Origin: Candidatus Latescibacterota bacterium
GTDB lineage: Bacteria > Latescibacterota > UBA2968 > UBA8231
NCBI GenBank assembly: GCA_965200315.1
Contig: OZ241362.1
Span: 4,000,001 to 4,064,000 of the forward strand
DNA length: 64,000 nt
Reading direction: 5' to 3'
Part shown: positions 49,878 through 60,172 of the stretch, piece by piece
How the letters are laid out: each line of letters opens with the position of its first letter
Position numbering within the stretch: position 1 is the stretch's first letter
Position numbers and translations under genes: made by a program
Notes under the pieces: generated by a model
Databases searched by the model: none
Told to the model about the DNA's origin: nothing
The model's input: only the letters and a program-made list of their open reading frames with translations

Positions 49878-50687
49878 TCAAGCGGCAAAATACGCCCGCA
49901 TCTTCTCCAAACCGATCCGGGCGACATCCTCCGGCTCCGGCTCCCACAGCCCCGGATTAAACAGCTCCAGCGACACAAACCCCTCGTATCCTTGCGCTCT
50001 CGCCAGCCGCTCGATCTCGCGCAACGGCCCGACTCCATCGCCCGGCATCACTCGGTCGGCGTCGCTTTGTTCGGCAAAAGGCTTGTCGCCGGGAGCATCG
50101 TTCCAGTGCCAGACCGCGACCTTGTCGCCGGGCACCTTGGCGATGCTCGCAACCGGGCCGCCGCCGCGTAGAATGTGGAACGGGTCCATGATCAGACTTG
50201 CATCTGGATGGTCGGCATCCTCGGCGATCTGCCACGCCTGATCGATGGTGTACACGCTTTGCACAAAGCCCAAGTACTCCATCGCCGGGCGCACGCCGAT
50301 TTCTTTGCCGATCTCCAGTAACTCGCGATAATCAGCCCCGCCTCGACTCAGGTCGCAGGCATCCAGCGGCGGGCTGGCGACTATAAACTCGGCTCCTACC
50401 GCTACTGCCTGCGCCATCCGCCGCCGAACCTCCTCCAATGCCTGCTCCCGCGCCGCGCCCTCAGCCCCCAACCAACCGTGGAGTGCAATGACGGTCGGCA
50501 CCGCTAACCCGTAGTCGGTCAGTGCCTGCCGCACGTCCGCGAGCACGCCGCCTTGCTGCTCGTGCGCGGTCAAGTCATCGTTCCACAGCTCAATGCCCTC
50601 GTAGCCAGTCTGCCCGGCGATGCGGATTTTCTCCATCAGCGATGCCGGGCGAATTGTCGATGTGTTGAGTGCGTATTGCACCGTCAT
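49878..50687 (-). CDS. Sugar phosphate isomerase/epimerase (xylose isomerase-like TIM barrel)
   Basis: GYEGIELW, PAMEYLG, DPFH, HWND, DRVMPGDG, SLELFN. Confidence 0.88.
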   Translation of the reverse strand: MTVQYALNTSTIRPASLMEKIRIAGQTGYEGIELWNDDLTAHEQQGGVLADVRQALTDYGLAVPTVIALHGWLGAEGAAREQALEEVRRRMAQAVAVGAEFIVASPPLDACDLSRGGADYRELLEIGKEIGVRPAMEYLGFVQSVYTIDQAWQIAEDADHPDASLIMDPFHILRGGGPVASIAKVPGDKVAVWHWNDAPGDKPFAEQSDADRVMPGDGVGPLREIERLARAQGYEGFVSLELFNPGLWEPEPEDVARIGLEKMRAYFAA

Positions 50688-50709
50688 GTTGCTTCCTTTC
50701 TCGTTCTTG

Positions 50710-51732
50710 TTAAGCCACACATAAAAAATCTCTTCCCTCTACCAATTCCAAGCCAGCCAACGCCTCTCGAATCAGTGCCCGCGCCCCCCGCGACGCCACA
50801 GCCGCCAATAGAATCGGCCGCTCGTAGCGCGTCCACCACGCCAGCAAGTCATCCGGCCCGATCACGGGCTTGCGCCGCAAGGTGCCGCCGATTTTCTTGG
50901 GCGCGATATCGACAAATACATCGGGAGCGCGTCCTTTGCGCTCCAAGTGCTTGGCGAGCCGGCGGCCGGTCTTGCCCGCGCCCCAGACGGCCAGCCCGTC
51001 CCGCCCTTGCAGCGGCCCAGCGCAAAGATAATGCGCTTTGGCGCGGAGGAAATTCTCCACCGAGTAGCGGCCCTGCACGTGTGTAGCCCGCCGCGGATGC
51101 TCGCGCCAGTAGTGCAAAACCTCCGGCACCTTGGCAAAGCGCTTGCCCGTCGCTCGATAGCGCAACCACAGATCGTAGTCTTCCGGCCATCCCCGGTCTT
51201 GGTAGCCCCCTAAGTCCACCAATTCCTCGCGGCGCATCATGGCCGACGGATTGGCGATGGGACTTTCAATAAAAAACTCTCGTTCAATCGCCGTGCTATC
51301 CACCAAGCCGTTTAACCAAGCCTCGTACACCAACATCCCCTCCCCGGTCTCTTGGCGCGGAAATATCTCCACCAAGCAACTCACTACGCTCAAGTTGGAA
51401 TCCCCTTCCAACCACGCGAGTTGTTTTTCCAAACGCTCGGGATGCATCCGGTCGTCGGCGTCCATCCGCGCCACGTACGCGCCCCGACACAAGGCCAAGC
51501 CCCGGTTAGGAGCTTCGACAATACCTTGGTGGTCGGATAGCACCGCCCTAAAGCGGGAGTCGCGGCGACTCCATTCCAACAGCATGTCGCCGCTCTCGTC
51601 CTCCGAGCCGTCGTCTATGGCCACGACCTCAAAATTTTCGCAACTCTGGGCTCGGATGCTCTCTAGCGTTTCCACTAGCGTGGCGGCTGCGTTGAACACC
51701 GGCAGTAGTACCGATATGCGGGGTGTTTTCAC
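50710..51732 (-). CDS. Glycosyltransferase family 2
   Basis: ISVLLPVFN, IDDGSED, ARMDADD, PEDYDLWLR, VWGAGKTG; start trimmed to GTG (VKTPRI). Confidence 0.88.
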   Translation of the reverse strand: MKTPRISVLLPVFNAAATLVETLESIRAQSCENFEVVAIDDGSEDESGDMLLEWSRRDSRFRAVLSDHQGIVEAPNRGLALCRGAYVARMDADDRMHPERLEKQLAWLEGDSNLSVVSCLVEIFPRQETGEGMLVYEAWLNGLVDSTAIEREFFIESPIANPSAMMRREELVDLGGYQDRGWPEDYDLWLRYRATGKRFAKVPEVLHYWREHPRRATHVQGRYSVENFLRAKAHYLCAGPLQGRDGLAVWGAGKTGRRLAKHLERKGRAPDVFVDIAPKKIGGTLRRKPVIGPDDLLAWWTRYERPILLAAVASRGARALIREALAGLELVEGRDFLCVA

Positions 51733-51790
51733 GATTGCGAGTGTGCAAGAGCTTGACATTTTTCCGCTCAATGCCCGATTTTTAATCCCT

Positions 51791-52552
51791 ATGATACATC
51801 TCAAATCAGCCTTGGAAATCGACCGCATCCGAGCCAGTTGCCGCATCGCCGCCGAAGCCATGCTCCGCGTCGAAGAGGCCCTCGCGCCCGGAGTCACAAC
51901 CCTCCACCTCGATCAAATAGCCGATCGCTACATCCGCAGCCAAGGGGCCGTCGCCAGCGCCTTGGGCTACCGCGGCTTTCCCCGCAGCATCTGCGTCTCG
52001 GTCAACGACGAAGTCGTCCACGGCATCCCCGGGGACCGCGTCCTGCAAGCGGGAGACATCCTCGCCGTTGACATTGCCGTTAAAAAGGATGGCTTTCACG
52101 GCGACATGAACGTCACCATGAAAGCCGGCTGCGTCGCCCCCAAAGCCCAGCGCCTGCTCGACGCCACGCGCCAGAGCTTGGAGGAGGGGTTGGCTGCCTG
52201 CACACCTGGACGACGCCTCGGCGATATTGGCCACGCCATCCAAAGCTATGTCGAAGCGCACGGCTTTTCCATCGTGCGCACGTATTGCGGCCACGGCATT
52301 GGCCGCAACTTCCACGAGGAGCCCCAATTGCTCCACTACGGCAAGGCTGGTACGGGCCGCCGCCTGCAAAACGGCATGGTATTTACCATTGAGCCAATGG
52401 TCAACGAGGGCGCACACGATACGCACGTGCTCGATGACGACTGGACGGCCGTCACTGCCGACGGCAAGCTCTCGGCCCAATACGAACACACCGTGGCCGT
52501 CACCCACGACGGGCCGGACGTGCTGTCGCGCTTTGCCGATCTGCCGTACTGA
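51791..52552 (+). CDS. map: Methionine aminopeptidase type I
   Basis: SVNDEVVHGIP, GFHGD, CGHGIG..FHEEP, FTIEPM, SAQYEHT; true start MIHLKS. Confidence 0.95.
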   Translation: MIHLKSALEIDRIRASCRIAAEAMLRVEEALAPGVTTLHLDQIADRYIRSQGAVASALGYRGFPRSICVSVNDEVVHGIPGDRVLQAGDILAVDIAVKKDGFHGDMNVTMKAGCVAPKAQRLLDATRQSLEEGLAACTPGRRLGDIGHAIQSYVEAHGFSIVRTYCGHGIGRNFHEEPQLLHYGKAGTGRRLQNGMVFTIEPMVNEGAHDTHVLDDDWTAVTADGKLSAQYEHTVAVTHDGPDVLSRFADLPY

Positions 52553-52610
52553 TCTTGCTCAGCGGTGACATTTTCTTATTTTTTTAAGTTCATCTCACAA
52601 GGAGAACAGC

Positions 52611-52904
52611 ATGGCAAGGCCGAGAAAAGTCCAATCTAACAGCGACGATGACAACGCTGACTTTCCGTTTGATCCCGGTACGCAGATCGAGTTGGAAATG
52701 GAAGACACCTGCTGCGTCACTGGCGAGCCAGTTGATTTCAGCTTTTGTCGCTTTCCCGACTACAAAAATGGCACGATGATGGTCATGTCCAAGAGCGAGA
52801 TGCTCACACACCTGTGCGCTGGCGACTCCATCACCAAATTCAAAGAAGTGCTAGTCGAGCGCCACGGCGAGGAAGTCTTAGCGGAGCACTACTCCAACTA
52901 CTAA
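52611..52904 (+). CDS. Hypothetical 97-aa protein
   Basis: RBS AAGGAG; followed by a terminator. Confidence 0.75.
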   Translation: MARPRKVQSNSDDDNADFPFDPGTQIELEMEDTCCVTGEPVDFSFCRFPDYKNGTMMVMSKSEMLTHLCAGDSITKFKEVLVERHGEEVLAEHYSNY

Positions 52905-52928
52905 AACAACGCCCTATCACCTATATGC

Positions 52929-52967
52929 AAAAGAAGGGATGGTTCCATGCGGACCATCCCTTCTTTT
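52929..52967. terminator. Bidirectional terminator
   Basis: AAAAGAAGGGATGG...CCATCCCTTCTTTT between convergent genes. Confidence 0.8.
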
Positions 52968-52983
52968 GCTATATGCCGATGTC

Positions 52984-53547
52984 CTATGAGCGAGCCAACA
53001 AGGTCTCTATATCCTCGCTGAATACTCCACGGGGATTGAGTTGGCCTCTCTTGTCGCGCGGCACGCCTATGTGCCTCTTGTACACGCGGCCTTGGCGATC
53101 AAAAATAAAGGTGAGCGGCACGCCTACCCGCGCCAAGTTTCCTTTGTAGAAGGCGCGGAGTAACTCGTGTTGGCCATCGTGAACCACCGGGTAGTTAATG
53201 GCCAAGCGCTCGACAAACTCGCCTATTAGGGGTAGGACGCGTTCGGGGGGACCTTGATCTAGGGAAATGCCAATAATCGCCACCTGTTCGGGGTCGTACT
53301 CATTGCCCATCTCGACTAAGGCTGGGATCTCGAAGCGACACGGGCCGCACCACGTCGCCCAGAAGTTGACCAGGACTACCTTGCCCTCGTAATCGCGCAA
53401 ATCCAAACTCTGGCCCTGATAGTCGCTCCACTTAGCAGCCTGCGGAGGAAAGAGCTTGGCTTCTTCCGGCTCGGACTCGGAGGAGCCACAGCCCAACGCT
53501 AGAAGTGCCAACCCGATTGCAAGCCCTTTGATCGCCATTGCGCGCAT
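52984..53547 (-). CDS. TlpA/redoxin family lipoprotein
   Basis: Lipobox LALGC; VNFWATWCGPC; INYP. Confidence 0.9.
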   Translation of the reverse strand: MRAMAIKGLAIGLALLALGCGSSESEPEEAKLFPPQAAKWSDYQGQSLDLRDYEGKVVLVNFWATWCGPCRFEIPALVEMGNEYDPEQVAIIGISLDQGPPERVLPLIGEFVERLAINYPVVHDGQHELLRAFYKGNLARVGVPLTFIFDRQGRVYKRHIGVPRDKRGQLNPRGVFSEDIETLLARS

Positions 53548-53562
53548 AGTTACGTCCTGTAC

Positions 53563-56500
53563 TTAACTGGAGTAGCCTGAGGGAGCCACGGATACTTGCC
53601 TTTTGGGATTCAGCCAGGTGGAGCGAGGGCCGATCAATTCCTCAATGCCGAGCAGCAAATCGTCGCAGGGATTGACGCGAATGGTCCTTGAGCGCACCAT
53701 TTTGTCCTGCTCGCCGCCGTTTTGGAGCCGGAGCCACAACTCGCAATCGCCCGTGTAGCGCTCGCACAGTTGGCGCAACCGCCTGAGCAGGGGGTCGCCC
53801 ACTTTCTGGTAGGGCAGCGACAACGTGACCGACTCGGTGAGTTCCGCTCGCGCCGATTTGAGGGGCAGCGCACGGTCGGCCTGTAAACTCAGGCGTCCAT
53901 TGCGCTCGCAAACGCGGCCCTCTACGAGGATGGTTTCGCCTTCCACGAGTAGCTGTTGGTGGTTGGCGAAGGCTTCGGAGAAAAACGCGATATCGCCCGT
54001 GCCATTGAGGTCTTTGAGCGTGACAAAGGCAAAGGGATTGCCTCGGCGGTCAAAGAGCTTGCGCACCTCCTCGACTAGGCCACCGACTCGCAGCGACGCG
54101 CCGTTGAGCTGCCCATCTATCTCGTTTAGAGGTCGCACGAAGTTTTTGAGATCGCGGGTGTAGGGCTTGAGTGGATGGCTGGAGATATAAAGGCCCAATA
54201 AGTCGCGTTCCTTGGCCAGCTTTTCGCGCTCGGACCACTCCTCGACCTCGGGCAAGTCCTGTACTATCAGTTCGGACGAACCACCGCCGTCAAAAAGGCT
54301 GATCTGCCCCTTTTCTCGGTCTTCTTGGGCCTTACCCGCAGCCTTTAACGCCAGATCTAGCGCCTCCATTTTCTGCGCACGATGGCCTTCAAGGCTGTCT
54401 AATGCGCCAGCAGCAATCAGACTCTCAACCACGCGCCGGTTGACCGCGCGCGAATCAATGCGCTCGCAGAACTCGAAGAGAGTGGCAAACGGCCCGTCTG
54501 CAATCCGCGTACCGACCATGTTCTGCACTGCGCCTTCGCCGACGTTCTTGATCGCCGCTAGGCCGTAGCGAATGCCTTCGTCTGTCGGCGTGAAGTTGAG
54601 CGCACTCTGGTTGACATCGGGCGGCAGGACCGGGATGCCCATGCGACGGCATTCGTCGAGCAATACAGTCAGCCGGTCGGTGCTGGAGCGCTCAATGGTC
54701 AGGCTAGCGGCCATGTACTCTTGGGAATAGTTGGCCTTGAGGTACGCGTCTTTGTACGCACCTTCGGCATAGCAGACCGAGTGCGACTTGTTGAAAGCGT
54801 AGCCGGCAAAAATCTCGATCTCGCTAAAGAGCTTGTTGGCCAACGACTTTTCCACCCCGTTTGCAACGCAGCCGCCGACGAAGTCCTTTTTGACCTTGGC
54901 CATTTCCTCGGGCTTTTTCTTGCCCATCGCCTTGCGCAAAATATCGGCTTGGCCGAGGGTGAAACCGGCCAGCTCTTGGGCGATGCGCATGACCTGCTCC
55001 TGATAGACCATAATCCCATAGGTCGGCTCCAAAATCGACTTCAACTTGGGGTGATCGTAGGAGACGGCCTCTTCGCCGCGCTTGCGGGCGATAAAGGTCG
55101 GTATATTGTCCATTGGCCCCGGGCGATAGAGGGCATTCATAGCGATAATGTCTTCTATGGTGTCCGGCTTGAGCTTGCTCAGGTATTCGCGCATCCCCGC
55201 AGACTCAAACTGGAAAACGCCGATCGTCTCGCCGCGTCCGAACAGGTCGAACGTGGCCCGGTCGTCCCACGGAATGGTTTCCAAATCAAAGTTCGGCTCC
55301 TTGAGTTGAATCAGGCGCACGGCCTCATCGACCAGCGACAGCGCGGTCAAGCCCAAGATGTCCATCTTCAGCAAGCCGAGGTCCATGCAGGTCTCGCCGA
55401 CGAACTGGGTGGTTATAGTCCCGTCTTTGGGGGCGCGATACAGCGGCACGTAGTCGGTCAGCTCGCCGGGAGCGATGATGACCGCGCAGGCGTGGACCGA
55501 AGCGTGGCGCGCCATGCCCTCCAGCTTGCGGGCGTATTCAACCAACTTGCCCTCGTTGCCGGGCGCTTGGGCCACCTGCTGTAGCTCGGGCACCCGCTCA
55601 ATGGCTTTGTCGAGGGTAATTTTCAGTTCGGTCGGTACCTGCTTGGCAATGCGATCAACCTCGTCAAAGGGCATGCCCAAGACCCGCCCGACATCGCGCA
55701 CCACCGCTTTAGCCCCCATAGTCCCAAATGTGATGACCCGCGAGACGTTGCCCTCGCCGTACTTATCCACCACATAGCGCAGCACCTCGTCGCGCCGGGT
55801 GTCGTCAAAGTCAATGTCGATATCGGGTGGCTCAATGCGCTCGGGATTGAGGAAGCGCTCAAAGATCAGGTCGTATTTGATGGGATCTACATTGGTAATG
55901 CCGAGGCAATACGAGGCCAAGCAGCCAGCGGCCGAGCCGCGTCCCGGCCCCACGGAAATGCCCTGACTACGGGCGTAGTTGACAAGGTCCCAGACGATGA
56001 GAAAATAACCGGAAAAATCCTGACTGGTGATGACATTTAGCTCGTAGTCAAGCCGATCCTGCACGGCCGGATCGACGGTGCCGTAACGCCGCTCCAAGCC
56101 CTCCTGCGCCAGTTGCGTCAGATAGTCGTCGCTGGAATTGTAGCCAGCCGGGATCGAAAAATCCGGCATATAGGTCTTCCCGAACTCCAGCTCGACGTTG
56201 CACTTATCGGCAATCTCGAGAGTCCGCTCCAGCGCGTCGGGCAAATCCGCAAACAGCGTTCGCATCTCTTCGGGACTCTTCATGTATAGTCCGTCGGGAT
56301 AACACAGGCGATTTTTCTCGTCAACCGTCTTGTTCATCTGAATGCAGATCAGGGCGTCGTGGGCGTCGTGGTCGGTGGCGCGCAGGAAGTGGAAGTCGTT
56401 GGTGGCCACCAGCGGCACTCCGAGCTTGCGATGCAGCTTGAGCAGGCCGTCGTTCACCTTGGCTTCAGGGTCGATGTCATGGCGCTGGATCTCCAAGTAG

Positions 56501-57027
56501 TAGTCGTCGCCGAAGATGTCCATAAACTCGCGGGCGACCTTTTCGGCTGCGGCGAGCCCCTCGCGCTGGATCAGGTGCGGAATCTCGCCGCCAATGCAGG
56601 CCGACATGCAAATCAGGCCCTCGGCGTGTTCGCGCAAAAGCTCCTTGTCTATGCGGGGATTGTAGTAGTAGCCTTCGAGATAGCCCTTGGAGACGAGCTT
56701 GGTCAGATTGCGGTAGCCAGTGGCGTCTTTGGCCAGCAAAATTAGGTGATTAGAGGCGTGAGTTAGACCTCGGGCGGCCTGGCGCAAGTGGCGGCTATCA
56801 ATCGCCACATAGACCTCGCAGCCGATGATGGGCTTAATGCCAGCGTCTTGGCAGGTCTTGTAGTGTTCGATGACGCCGAAGAGGTTGCCGTGATCTGTAA
56901 GGGCCAAGGCGGGCATGCCCTGCTCGGCCGCCAACTCGGCCATCTCACCTACCCGGCACCCTCCATCAAGCAGACTGTATTCGCTGTGACCGTGTAAATG
57001 GACGAAACCAGCCGAAGCCATGACCAC
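53563..57027 (-). CDS. dnaE: DNA polymerase III alpha subunit
   Basis: PHP domain HLHGHSEYSLLDG/TDHGNL, GPGRGSAAG, PDIDID, LLKMDILGL, FNKSHS, OB fold. Confidence 0.98.
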   Translation of the reverse strand: MVMASAGFVHLHGHSEYSLLDGGCRVGEMAELAAEQGMPALALTDHGNLFGVIEHYKTCQDAGIKPIIGCEVYVAIDSRHLRQAARGLTHASNHLILLAKDATGYRNLTKLVSKGYLEGYYYNPRIDKELLREHAEGLICMSACIGGEIPHLIQREGLAAAEKVAREFMDIFGDDYYLEIQRHDIDPEAKVNDGLLKLHRKLGVPLVATNDFHFLRATDHDAHDALICIQMNKTVDEKNRLCYPDGLYMKSPEEMRTLFADLPDALERTLEIADKCNVELEFGKTYMPDFSIPAGYNSSDDYLTQLAQEGLERRYGTVDPAVQDRLDYELNVITSQDFSGYFLIVWDLVNYARSQGISVGPGRGSAAGCLASYCLGITNVDPIKYDLIFERFLNPERIEPPDIDIDFDDTRRDEVLRYVVDKYGEGNVSRVITFGTMGAKAVVRDVGRVLGMPFDEVDRIAKQVPTELKITLDKAIERVPELQQVAQAPGNEGKLVEYARKLEGMARHASVHACAVIIAPGELTDYVPLYRAPKDGTITTQFVGETCMDLGLLKMDILGLTALSLVDEAVRLIQLKEPNFDLETIPWDDRATFDLFGRGETIGVFQFESAGMREYLSKLKPDTIEDIIAMNALYRPGPMDNIPTFIARKRGEEAVSYDHPKLKSILEPTYGIMVYQEQVMRIAQELAGFTLGQADILRKAMGKKKPEEMAKVKKDFVGGCVANGVEKSLANKLFSEIEIFAGYAFNKSHSVCYAEGAYKDAYLKANYSQEYMAASLTIERSSTDRLTVLLDECRRMGIPVLPPDVNQSALNFTPTDEGIRYGLAAIKNVGEGAVQNMVGTRIADGPFATLFEFCERIDSRAVNRRVVESLIAAGALDSLEGHRAQKMEALDLALKAAGKAQEDREKGQISLFDGGGSSELIVQDLPEVEEWSEREKLAKERDLLGLYISSHPLKPYTRDLKNFVRPLNEIDGQLNGASLRVGGLVEEVRKLFDRRGNPFAFVTLKDLNGTGDIAFFSEAFANHQQLLVEGETILVEGRVCERNGRLSLQADRALPLKSARAELTESVTLSLPYQKVGDPLLRRLRQLCERYTGDCELWLRLQNGGEQDKMVRSRTIRVNPCDDLLLGIEELIGPRSTWLNPKRQVSVAPSGYSS

Positions 57028-57124
57028 CTCCGCTACCTGTATGCGCTAGAAAGAACTTCTGGACTTAGAGAACACGACCGAACAACGGACCGAACTGCCT
57101 AGGGAAGGGCGTCGCCTTGGGTGA

Positions 57125-57153
57125 AGCATAGCCAATTCAAAAGGGGATGTCAA
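57125..57153 (-). promoter_or_regulatory. sigma70 promoter of dnaE
   Basis: Minus strand TTGACA-(17 nt)-TATGCT. Confidence 0.65.
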
Positions 57154-57323
57154 TGGCTCACAGAGGAGATTATTTTTTATAAAATGTTATTATTATTTTA
57201 TTTACGAAAAGAGAAATTTGTTGTATCCTGCTGACAAAACAGACTGTACCCACCTGCGCTGCGAACTTGTCGCAGGACACAGACCGGTCTATCTTTAGAT
57301 TCTTTACCGAGGAGATATATCTG

Positions 57324-57572
57324 ATGATCGACAAAGAACTGTTGGCGATTCTCGCCTGCCCCGAGACTAAAGAGCCAGTCGCGCTCGCCGAGGAAGAACT
57401 TATCGCCGCGCTCAACAGCCGCATTGCACGCGGGGAAGTCAAAAATCGGGCCGGTAAGCATGTAGCAGGCAAGATCGACGGCGGCCTAGTGCGCGCAGAT
57501 GGCGCGTACCTCTATCCGATCCAAGACGAAATCCCCATCCTGCTTCTCGACGAGGCCATTCCACTCGGCTAG
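57324..57572 (+). CDS. Trm112-like protein
   Basis: MIDKELLAILACP..YPIQDEIPILL; RBS GAGGAG. Confidence 0.88.
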   Translation: MIDKELLAILACPETKEPVALAEEELIAALNSRIARGEVKNRAGKHVAGKIDGGLVRADGAYLYPIQDEIPILLLDEAIPLG

Positions 57573-57580
57573 TGCCCCGC

Positions 57581-57617
57581 ACAAAAAAGGGACTGTGCGC
57601 TTATACAGTCCCTTTGT
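57581..57617. terminator. Terminator between trm112-like gene and tRNA-Leu
   Basis: AAAGGGACTGT...ACAGTCCCTTT hairpin with an A-run on the left. Confidence 0.7.
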
Positions 57618-57630
57618 CAACTTACATGTA

Positions 57631-57715
57631 TGGTGCCGAAGCGGGGATTCGAACCCCGACGCCGTAAGGCACTGCCCCCTCAAGACAGCGTGTCTACCAA
57701 TTTCACCACTTCGGC
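57631..57715 (-). tRNA. tRNA-Leu(GAG)
   Basis: GCCGAAG...CTTCGGC-ACCA; anticodon arm CTGTC-TTGAGGG-GGCAG; long variable arm; usual position after secG. Confidence 0.94.
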
Positions 57716-57733
57716 AAAAACTAGTTTGGCCTG

Positions 57734-58123
57734 CTACTGAGCCTCAGCCGGTGGCTCCTCAGTGGTCGAGGTCTCAGCCGACTCTTCCTGCTCACCCAGC
57801 AAGTGCTCTGCTTCCGGGATGGCGGGCACCGCCGGCACCTGTTCCTCGGCCATCGTCCGTTGCGTCGCCGTCGTCGGAGTGGTCTCGGCCGTTTGAAAGG
57901 CCACGGACTGCACCAAACAGCTAAGCATAAAAGCCGTGGCCAAAACGGTCGTGGCCTTGGTCAGAAACGTAGCTGCGGTGCGGCCACCCAACACCGAGGA
58001 AGAGGCTAAGCCACCGCCGATTGATCCGGCCAAGCCGCCCCCCTTGCCCGCCTGCAAGAGCACGGTCACGACTAGGAGTACGCAAATCAGCACGTGAAAA
58101 ATAGTAAATAGAATCTCAAACAT
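57734..58123 (-). CDS. secG: Preprotein translocase subunit SecG
   Basis: VLLQAGKGGGLA, FLTKAT; two TM helices; between tpiA and tRNA-Leu. Confidence 0.93.
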   Translation of the reverse strand: MFEILFTIFHVLICVLLVVTVLLQAGKGGGLAGSIGGGLASSSVLGGRTAATFLTKATTVLATAFMLSCLVQSVAFQTAETTPTTATQRTMAEEQVPAVPAIPEAEHLLGEQEESAETSTTEEPPAEAQ

Positions 58124-58208
58124 GATCTTATGATGGTTTCCAAGTTTTGGTAATTTTAAGAATTACCTCCACCTCAATTCGTAATTCCTAATTGAGATAA
58201 ATTTAAGG

Positions 58209-58961
58209 CTAAAGAGCGGCCTTCACAATAGCGGCAAACTGCCCGGCGTCCAGCGCAGCACCGCCGATCAAGCCCCCGTCGATGTTGTCTTGGGCAAAAA
58301 GCTCGGCTGCGTTTTCGGGTTTGACGCTGCCGCCGTACTGGATGCGCACCTCGTCAGCGGCTGATTTGCCCAAGCGCCCAGCGAGGAAATGGCGGATCAT
58401 CGCATGCACCTCTTCGGCTTGCACAGCCGTCGCCGTCACACCGGTCCCAATCGCCCAAACCGGCTCGTACGCCCACAGTACCCCCCTAGCTGCTCTCGCC
58501 TCAATCCCGGCTATAGCACTACCTACTTGGCCGAGGACGACCTCTTCAATTCGGCCAGCTTCGCGCCCTTGCAGGGTCTCTCCGACGCAGACGATTGGAC
58601 ACAGACCGGCTTGGAGGGCGCAGGCTAGCTTGCGGTTGACTAGCGAGTCGTCCTCGCCGCAAAACTGTCTTCGCTCGGAGTGCCCCAACAACACGTAAGA
58701 GCAACCAGCCGCCAAGAGCATGTCGGAGGATATTTCTCCGGTGAAAGCTCCCTGCCGCTCCGAGTGCATGTTCTGACCCCCCAGCCCAATGGCGCTGTCG
58801 GCAAGGGCGGTGCGCACGGTTTCCAAGCAGGTAAACGGCGGACAGACTACTACTTCTACGTCGAGCCCCGCGACGAGCGGCTTGATCCCTTCGACCAGTT
58901 CGACGGCCTCAGCAGCAGTCTTGTGCATCTTCCAGTTGCCAGCGACAATGGGCCGGCGCAT
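58209..58961 (-). CDS. tpiA: Triosephosphate isomerase
   Basis: AGNWKM, GHSERR, AYEPVWAIGTG, YGGSVKP. Confidence 0.97.
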   Translation of the reverse strand: MRRPIVAGNWKMHKTAAEAVELVEGIKPLVAGLDVEVVVCPPFTCLETVRTALADSAIGLGGQNMHSERQGAFTGEISSDMLLAAGCSYVLLGHSERRQFCGEDDSLVNRKLACALQAGLCPIVCVGETLQGREAGRIEEVVLGQVGSAIAGIEARAARGVLWAYEPVWAIGTGVTATAVQAEEVHAMIRHFLAGRLGKSAADEVRIQYGGSVKPENAAELFAQDNIDGGLIGGAALDAGQFAAIVKAAL

Positions 58962-58962
58962 C

Positions 58963-60168
58963 TCAGTTTTCCTCATCGTCCAAAGCCGCTACCCCAGGCA
59001 AGACCCGCCCGCTCATGCACTCCAGCGAAGCCCCGCCTCCAGTGGAAATATGAGTCATCGCTTGGGCTAAGCCGGCCTGGGTTATAGCCGCGGCCGTGTC
59101 CCCACCGCCAATAATGCTCACAGCACCCTCGCGGGTGGCTGCCGCTAGGGCTTGGGCGATCTGTTGGGTCCCTTGGGCAAAGGGCACCATCTCGCACACT
59201 CCGAGAGGGCCGTTCCACACTATGGTGCCCCCTCGGGCGATCTGGTCGGCATAGCACTGCCGGGTCTGGAGACCGATGTCCATGCCCTGCCAACCGCGTG
59301 GTATGGCGTCGCGCTCAACCACTTGCGCGTGAGCGTCAACGGCAAAGCGGTCGGCGACCACGCAATCTGCGGGAAGCTGGAGATCCAATCCCTCCTTTTC
59401 GACTCGGGTCAATAGTTGCCGGGCCGTATCTAGGCACTCTTCTTCGAGCAGCGAATCCCCAATTTCCAGCCCCATGGCTTTAAAAAAGGTATAGGCCATG
59501 CCGCCGCCGATGAGCAGGGTATCCACTCGGTTGAGCAAGTGCTCAATCAGCGCGATCTTACCCGAAATTTTGGCCCCGCCCAAAACGGCGATAAAGGGCC
59601 GCTGCGGGCAACGCAGGGCCTCGTCGAGATAGGAAATTTCCCGCTCCATCAACAGGCCGCTAACCCCCACGCCCATACAGCGCGGCACCCCCTCAGTCGA
59701 GGCGTGGGCCCGGTGCGCCGCCCCAAAGGCGTCGTTGATATACGCATCGCCTAGCCCGGCCAACTGCTGGGCAAAAGTCCACTCGTTCTGCTCCTCTTCC
59801 GAGTGAAAGCGCACGTTCTCTAAGAGCAGGACCTGCCCCGGCTGCAAGGCAGCGGCTTGGGCTGCGACCTCGGCACCCACGCAGTCTGGAGCCATGCCCA
59901 CCGCACGGCCCAGCAACTGGCTCAGGCGCTCGGCTACCGGAGCTAGCGATAACGCGGGTATTCGCTGGCCGCGGGGGCGACCCAAGTGCGACATCAGAAG
60001 GACGGACGCACCCTGCGCCAACAAATGCTCGATCGTTGGTAGAGCGGCGCGAATCCGCGTGTCGTCAATGATTCGGCCGTTCTCGTCGTCGAGCGGCACG
60101 TTGAAATCCACTCGCACAAGGATCCGCTTGCCAGCGACATCGAGGTTTCTGATGGTGCGCTTAGCCAT
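58963..60168 (-). CDS. pgk: Phosphoglycerate kinase
   Basis: RVDFNVP, SHLGRP, NDAFGAAHRAHAS, ISTGGGASLE. Confidence 0.98.
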   Translation of the reverse strand: MAKRTIRNLDVAGKRILVRVDFNVPLDDENGRIIDDTRIRAALPTIEHLLAQGASVLLMSHLGRPRGQRIPALSLAPVAERLSQLLGRAVGMAPDCVGAEVAAQAAALQPGQVLLLENVRFHSEEEQNEWTFAQQLAGLGDAYINDAFGAAHRAHASTEGVPRCMGVGVSGLLMEREISYLDEALRCPQRPFIAVLGGAKISGKIALIEHLLNRVDTLLIGGGMAYTFFKAMGLEIGDSLLEEECLDTARQLLTRVEKEGLDLQLPADCVVADRFAVDAHAQVVERDAIPRGWQGMDIGLQTRQCYADQIARGGTIVWNGPLGVCEMVPFAQGTQQIAQALAAATREGAVSIIGGGDTAAAITQAGLAQAMTHISTGGGASLECMSGRVLPGVAALDDEEN

Positions 60169-60172
60169 GCTA

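Noticed and set aside
51239-51790. 184-aa N-terminal extension of Map in the ORF track
   Set aside because: It is antisense to the GT2 gene; Map homology begins at MIHLKS (51791).
57070-57095. Three GAAC repeats upstream of dnaE as an alphaproteobacterial-type SOS box
   Set aside because: Spacings are 6 and 8 nt, not GAAC-N7-GAAC, and they do not match the recA palindrome.
58175-58195. AATTCGT-AATTCCT-AATTGAG heptamer run
   Set aside because: Only three degenerate units in an AT-rich spacer; too weak to call.
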